Of a DNA stretch of 64,000 nucleotides, positions 61,401 through 64,000 are shown piece after piece. Every line of letters begins with the position of its first letter. Position 1 is the stretch's first letter. This DNA comes from Dicyema japonicum (taxonomy: Eukaryota; Animalia; Dicyemida). The stretch is taken from contig RDEW01000007.1 of the NCBI GenBank assembly GCA_011109175.1, forward strand, positions 29,424 through 93,423. The letters are read 5' to 3'. A program made the translations under genes and the position numbers. The notes under the pieces are model-generated. The model searched no databases. It was not told where the DNA came from and was given only the letters and a program-made list of their open reading frames with translations.

Positions 61401-62558
61401 CATTCGCTTTCGTCCCCCGCTAATATTTTGACTCAGTCAGTCCCTTCAATAGCTTCGACGTCACCCAGTCGAGTAACGTGTCTGGGACATTTGCTGTCGA
61501 TCCCTTCAGAACCCACTCATTCAGTTTCCCAGTACCTTTCTCCCCTGTTTGGTATGTTTTGGTGTGACACTAGGGGATTTAACTTGTTCCCCCAACGTGA
61601 AAATGAAGCCCCACGTGAGTGATACCGAGATCATGTACAACTCGGAAATCAGCATACAGCTGGACAAACTGCAGCAGCTGCCATATTCGGTAACACGTGA
61701 CCAGTTGGATCTTCTCCTATCGGAAAAGTGCTGGTTGTCCCCGCAGGATGTTGTGGGAGGAACAACAGAGTGGGAGTGTCCTTTGTTATTCCACTTCTTC
61801 GTATGCGTTGTCTATCGTCATTGGATTCTCAACTACTCTCGAGAGGAGATGAAACAATTCAACATGACAAGGCATTCGGAGGAGGGTCCAAACTCGATGG
61901 AAGTGATCTGTTTCAAGTCGGAGTACTTCGTCTTGAAGATCTGTTTCGGCCTTGCAGTGTTCCCATTTCTCAGTTTTCGAGTCCTCGCGTCTCCCGGTTG
62001 GTGGTTTTATAGAAGTAGAATCCCCGGAGAACTGGACAGTGGAGGAACTGAGGAGTCTGGAGAATTTTTTTATGTCGCGTGTTTTGTGTTACCCATATTC
62101 CCACCAGCTTCTGGTCTCTTATTTCCGTATATTCGGTGCGAGTCGGGGAATGATGAGGGACCTAGTGACCCTGATCCATGAAGAGAAGTCTCTCGGTCAG
62201 GGACCGTGGGAGTTTAGGATGTTGCTGGTGTTTCCCTATACGCCGAACCATGCGGGCTACCTAGTGCATTCATCGGCTGTGTTTATACGGCCAAAGTCAT
62301 TTTTCCTGGTAGAATTGTGGGTGACCGTAGTTCCAACTGAGAATGGTAGGGGGAAGTGGGAAATCTGTGACGATACCGATTTGCTATGATATAGAGCAGA
62401 ACTGTGTCAGTATTAGTGAGCATAGTTCTCTTCCGAATTGTGCATATTTGAAGCAGTATTTGCCACAGAGGAATGAGGTCGTGGGACCCTTCGCCAAATG
62501 CTTGTTGTATGATTATGTGGCACTTATTGTTCGTAATTTCTGTAGAGATAACACTTAA
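58401..62558 (+). CDS. MED14: Mediator subunit 14, about 21 introns of 21-29 nt
   Basis: RKLFLVEFSQRTRLLFIRLLAL, AVDVLTKGTYTRLPTCI, GRVTFFVE, LQSRL..PLEEI, VDLLTGRF, RLEFRSLFSIELY, WTVEELRSLENFF..RV, IPICYD; stop TAA 62556-62558. Confidence 0.92.
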
Positions 62559-63164
62559 TTTTGTGACTATTTTATTCTGTTAAGATTTTGAATAATTTAT
62601 TATTCCTTATTTTCAAAACTTTTAGTAAATTTATGTAGTTCGCTTTTTGTCACAACGAACAATGGAGACGCACAGGCTTTGGGTGGCACGTTCGGTTGCG
62701 GAAACTGGGATCACTTAAGTTGACATTTCTTGTATCTTTCTTTTTCGGTGATTTTGGGGATAAAAATAATTCACAGCTCTAGTTTTCCTTGTGCAAGTGT
62801 TATACAATACTCGAACTCTTAAAAATCTACTGATTTGTAACAACTGATGGGCAGTTGTTTGGAAATTTATGGGGAATATAAGCCATTTATAAGTAAATTT
62901 TGTTTATTAATAATAAACTTAGGGAACTTATGCAACTTTTCTCTAGATCACTGTTACTTCACATTATGAGTTTTTATTCTTGCTGAGACTTTGAGGCTTT
63001 TAATTTAACATGGACATTTCGATAAGTGTGAAATCCCCAAGAATTATGTAGAAGATCTCTTGGTGCTTTACTAACAGAGGCACCATCACTCATAGTGATC
63101 ACTAGGGCGATTTTTTTGACTTTATAAATACGAAATTTTGACCTAATTGACTTTATTTTTTTAA

Positions 63165-63412
63165 ATTAAAATTTTTTTTAACAATTAAACAAATGTCAGT
63201 TGAGGAAGCCTGCTGCGTGGATTGCGAACGAGTTCCCTCGGAGTATGGCTATTCCAATCTTTCGTCTCAGCCATAACCCTTCTCGTTGATCCCTTTTCTT
63301 TCTGGCAAGCAATCCTCCGAGTTCTCGCAAGAACTCAGCCGTCATTGGACCAACGGCTCCCGATGATTCGGTCGCAACAGGAGTAAATCGGTAGCGATCC
63401 CCGAGGCAAGAA
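63165..63412 (-). mobile_element. CRE 3' end (subfamily shared with 18985)
   Basis: YRFTPVATESSG..KIGIAILRGNSFAI. Confidence 0.85.
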
Positions 63413-63444
63413 TATTGACTTTATTGACTTTAAAATTTTTTTTA

Positions 63445-63930
63445 TTAAGCTAACAATCATTTTTATTAAACAATAGAAGTCAGGAAGTCGCCGCCCTCAC
63501 TGCGTGGCTGTTCCCTCTCAAAATTGCGAGCGAAATTCGCTCAAATAGCCAGCGGCGTTCACGGAGATCTCCAGTGCATGAGGTGATCCGGTTTCCAAGA
63601 CGTCCGAAAAACTCGAGTGTAGAGGGGGAGTAAGATCCGGAAGTCTCCATAGCAAGGGGAACAAATTTTACATCATCAGGAAGGTCGACGTATTTAACGA
63701 GTTTGGCCTTCTCCGCCTTTACGGATGCTGAACAGGCCCTTGTAGCACTCTCGTGAAGATTTTTCTGGGCGAACGTGTCTGTACATGTCACATCCCAAAC
63801 CAGTGGTTTCCCGGCCTCAAATAGAAATATGGTCATCCCGTCCGGTCGTTTCCCGTCACTTCTGCATAACCCGACCGGTTCAAGAATGGCCGAGTATCCA
63901 GCAGCATCCATAGCTCGCCTGACAATTTCA
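63445..63930 (-). mobile_element. CRE 3' end with intact RLE ORF
   Basis: [56 protein letters not shown]. Confidence 0.92.
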
Positions 63931-64000
63931 CTTTAAAAATTCAAAATTTTGACCTTGACTTTATGAAAAATTTATCTAGAAAAAAATTTTTTTAATATGA

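Overview
Eukaryotic nuclear DNA with five recognisable host genes (UTP20 3' part, TAF7, a minimal AGC kinase, dynein light intermediate chain, MED14), each split by many ultrashort 21-29 nt spliceosomal introns. The genes sit as compact islands in a dense transposon graveyard: CRE-clade RLE retrotransposons, RTE, Ingi/I-like LINEs (one with a 2A StopGo peptide), R4/Dong-like fragments, hAT, pogo, a Ginger-like integrase transposon with its own 26-nt intron, and a tRNA-derived SINE. MED14 looks animal-like and the intron sizes recall dicyemid mesozoans; that taxonomy is inference only. The most striking observation is that UTP20 and MED14, both essential and otherwise intact, can only be read through if several tiny introns use non-canonical ends (GT-AA, AT-AG, AT/GA-AA, GA-AG), and they also carry up to three apparently exonic stop codons. 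This could mean relaxed splice-site recognition, RNA editing or readthrough, or assembly error. All ortholog comparisons were made by hand from recalled sequences and need real alignments.
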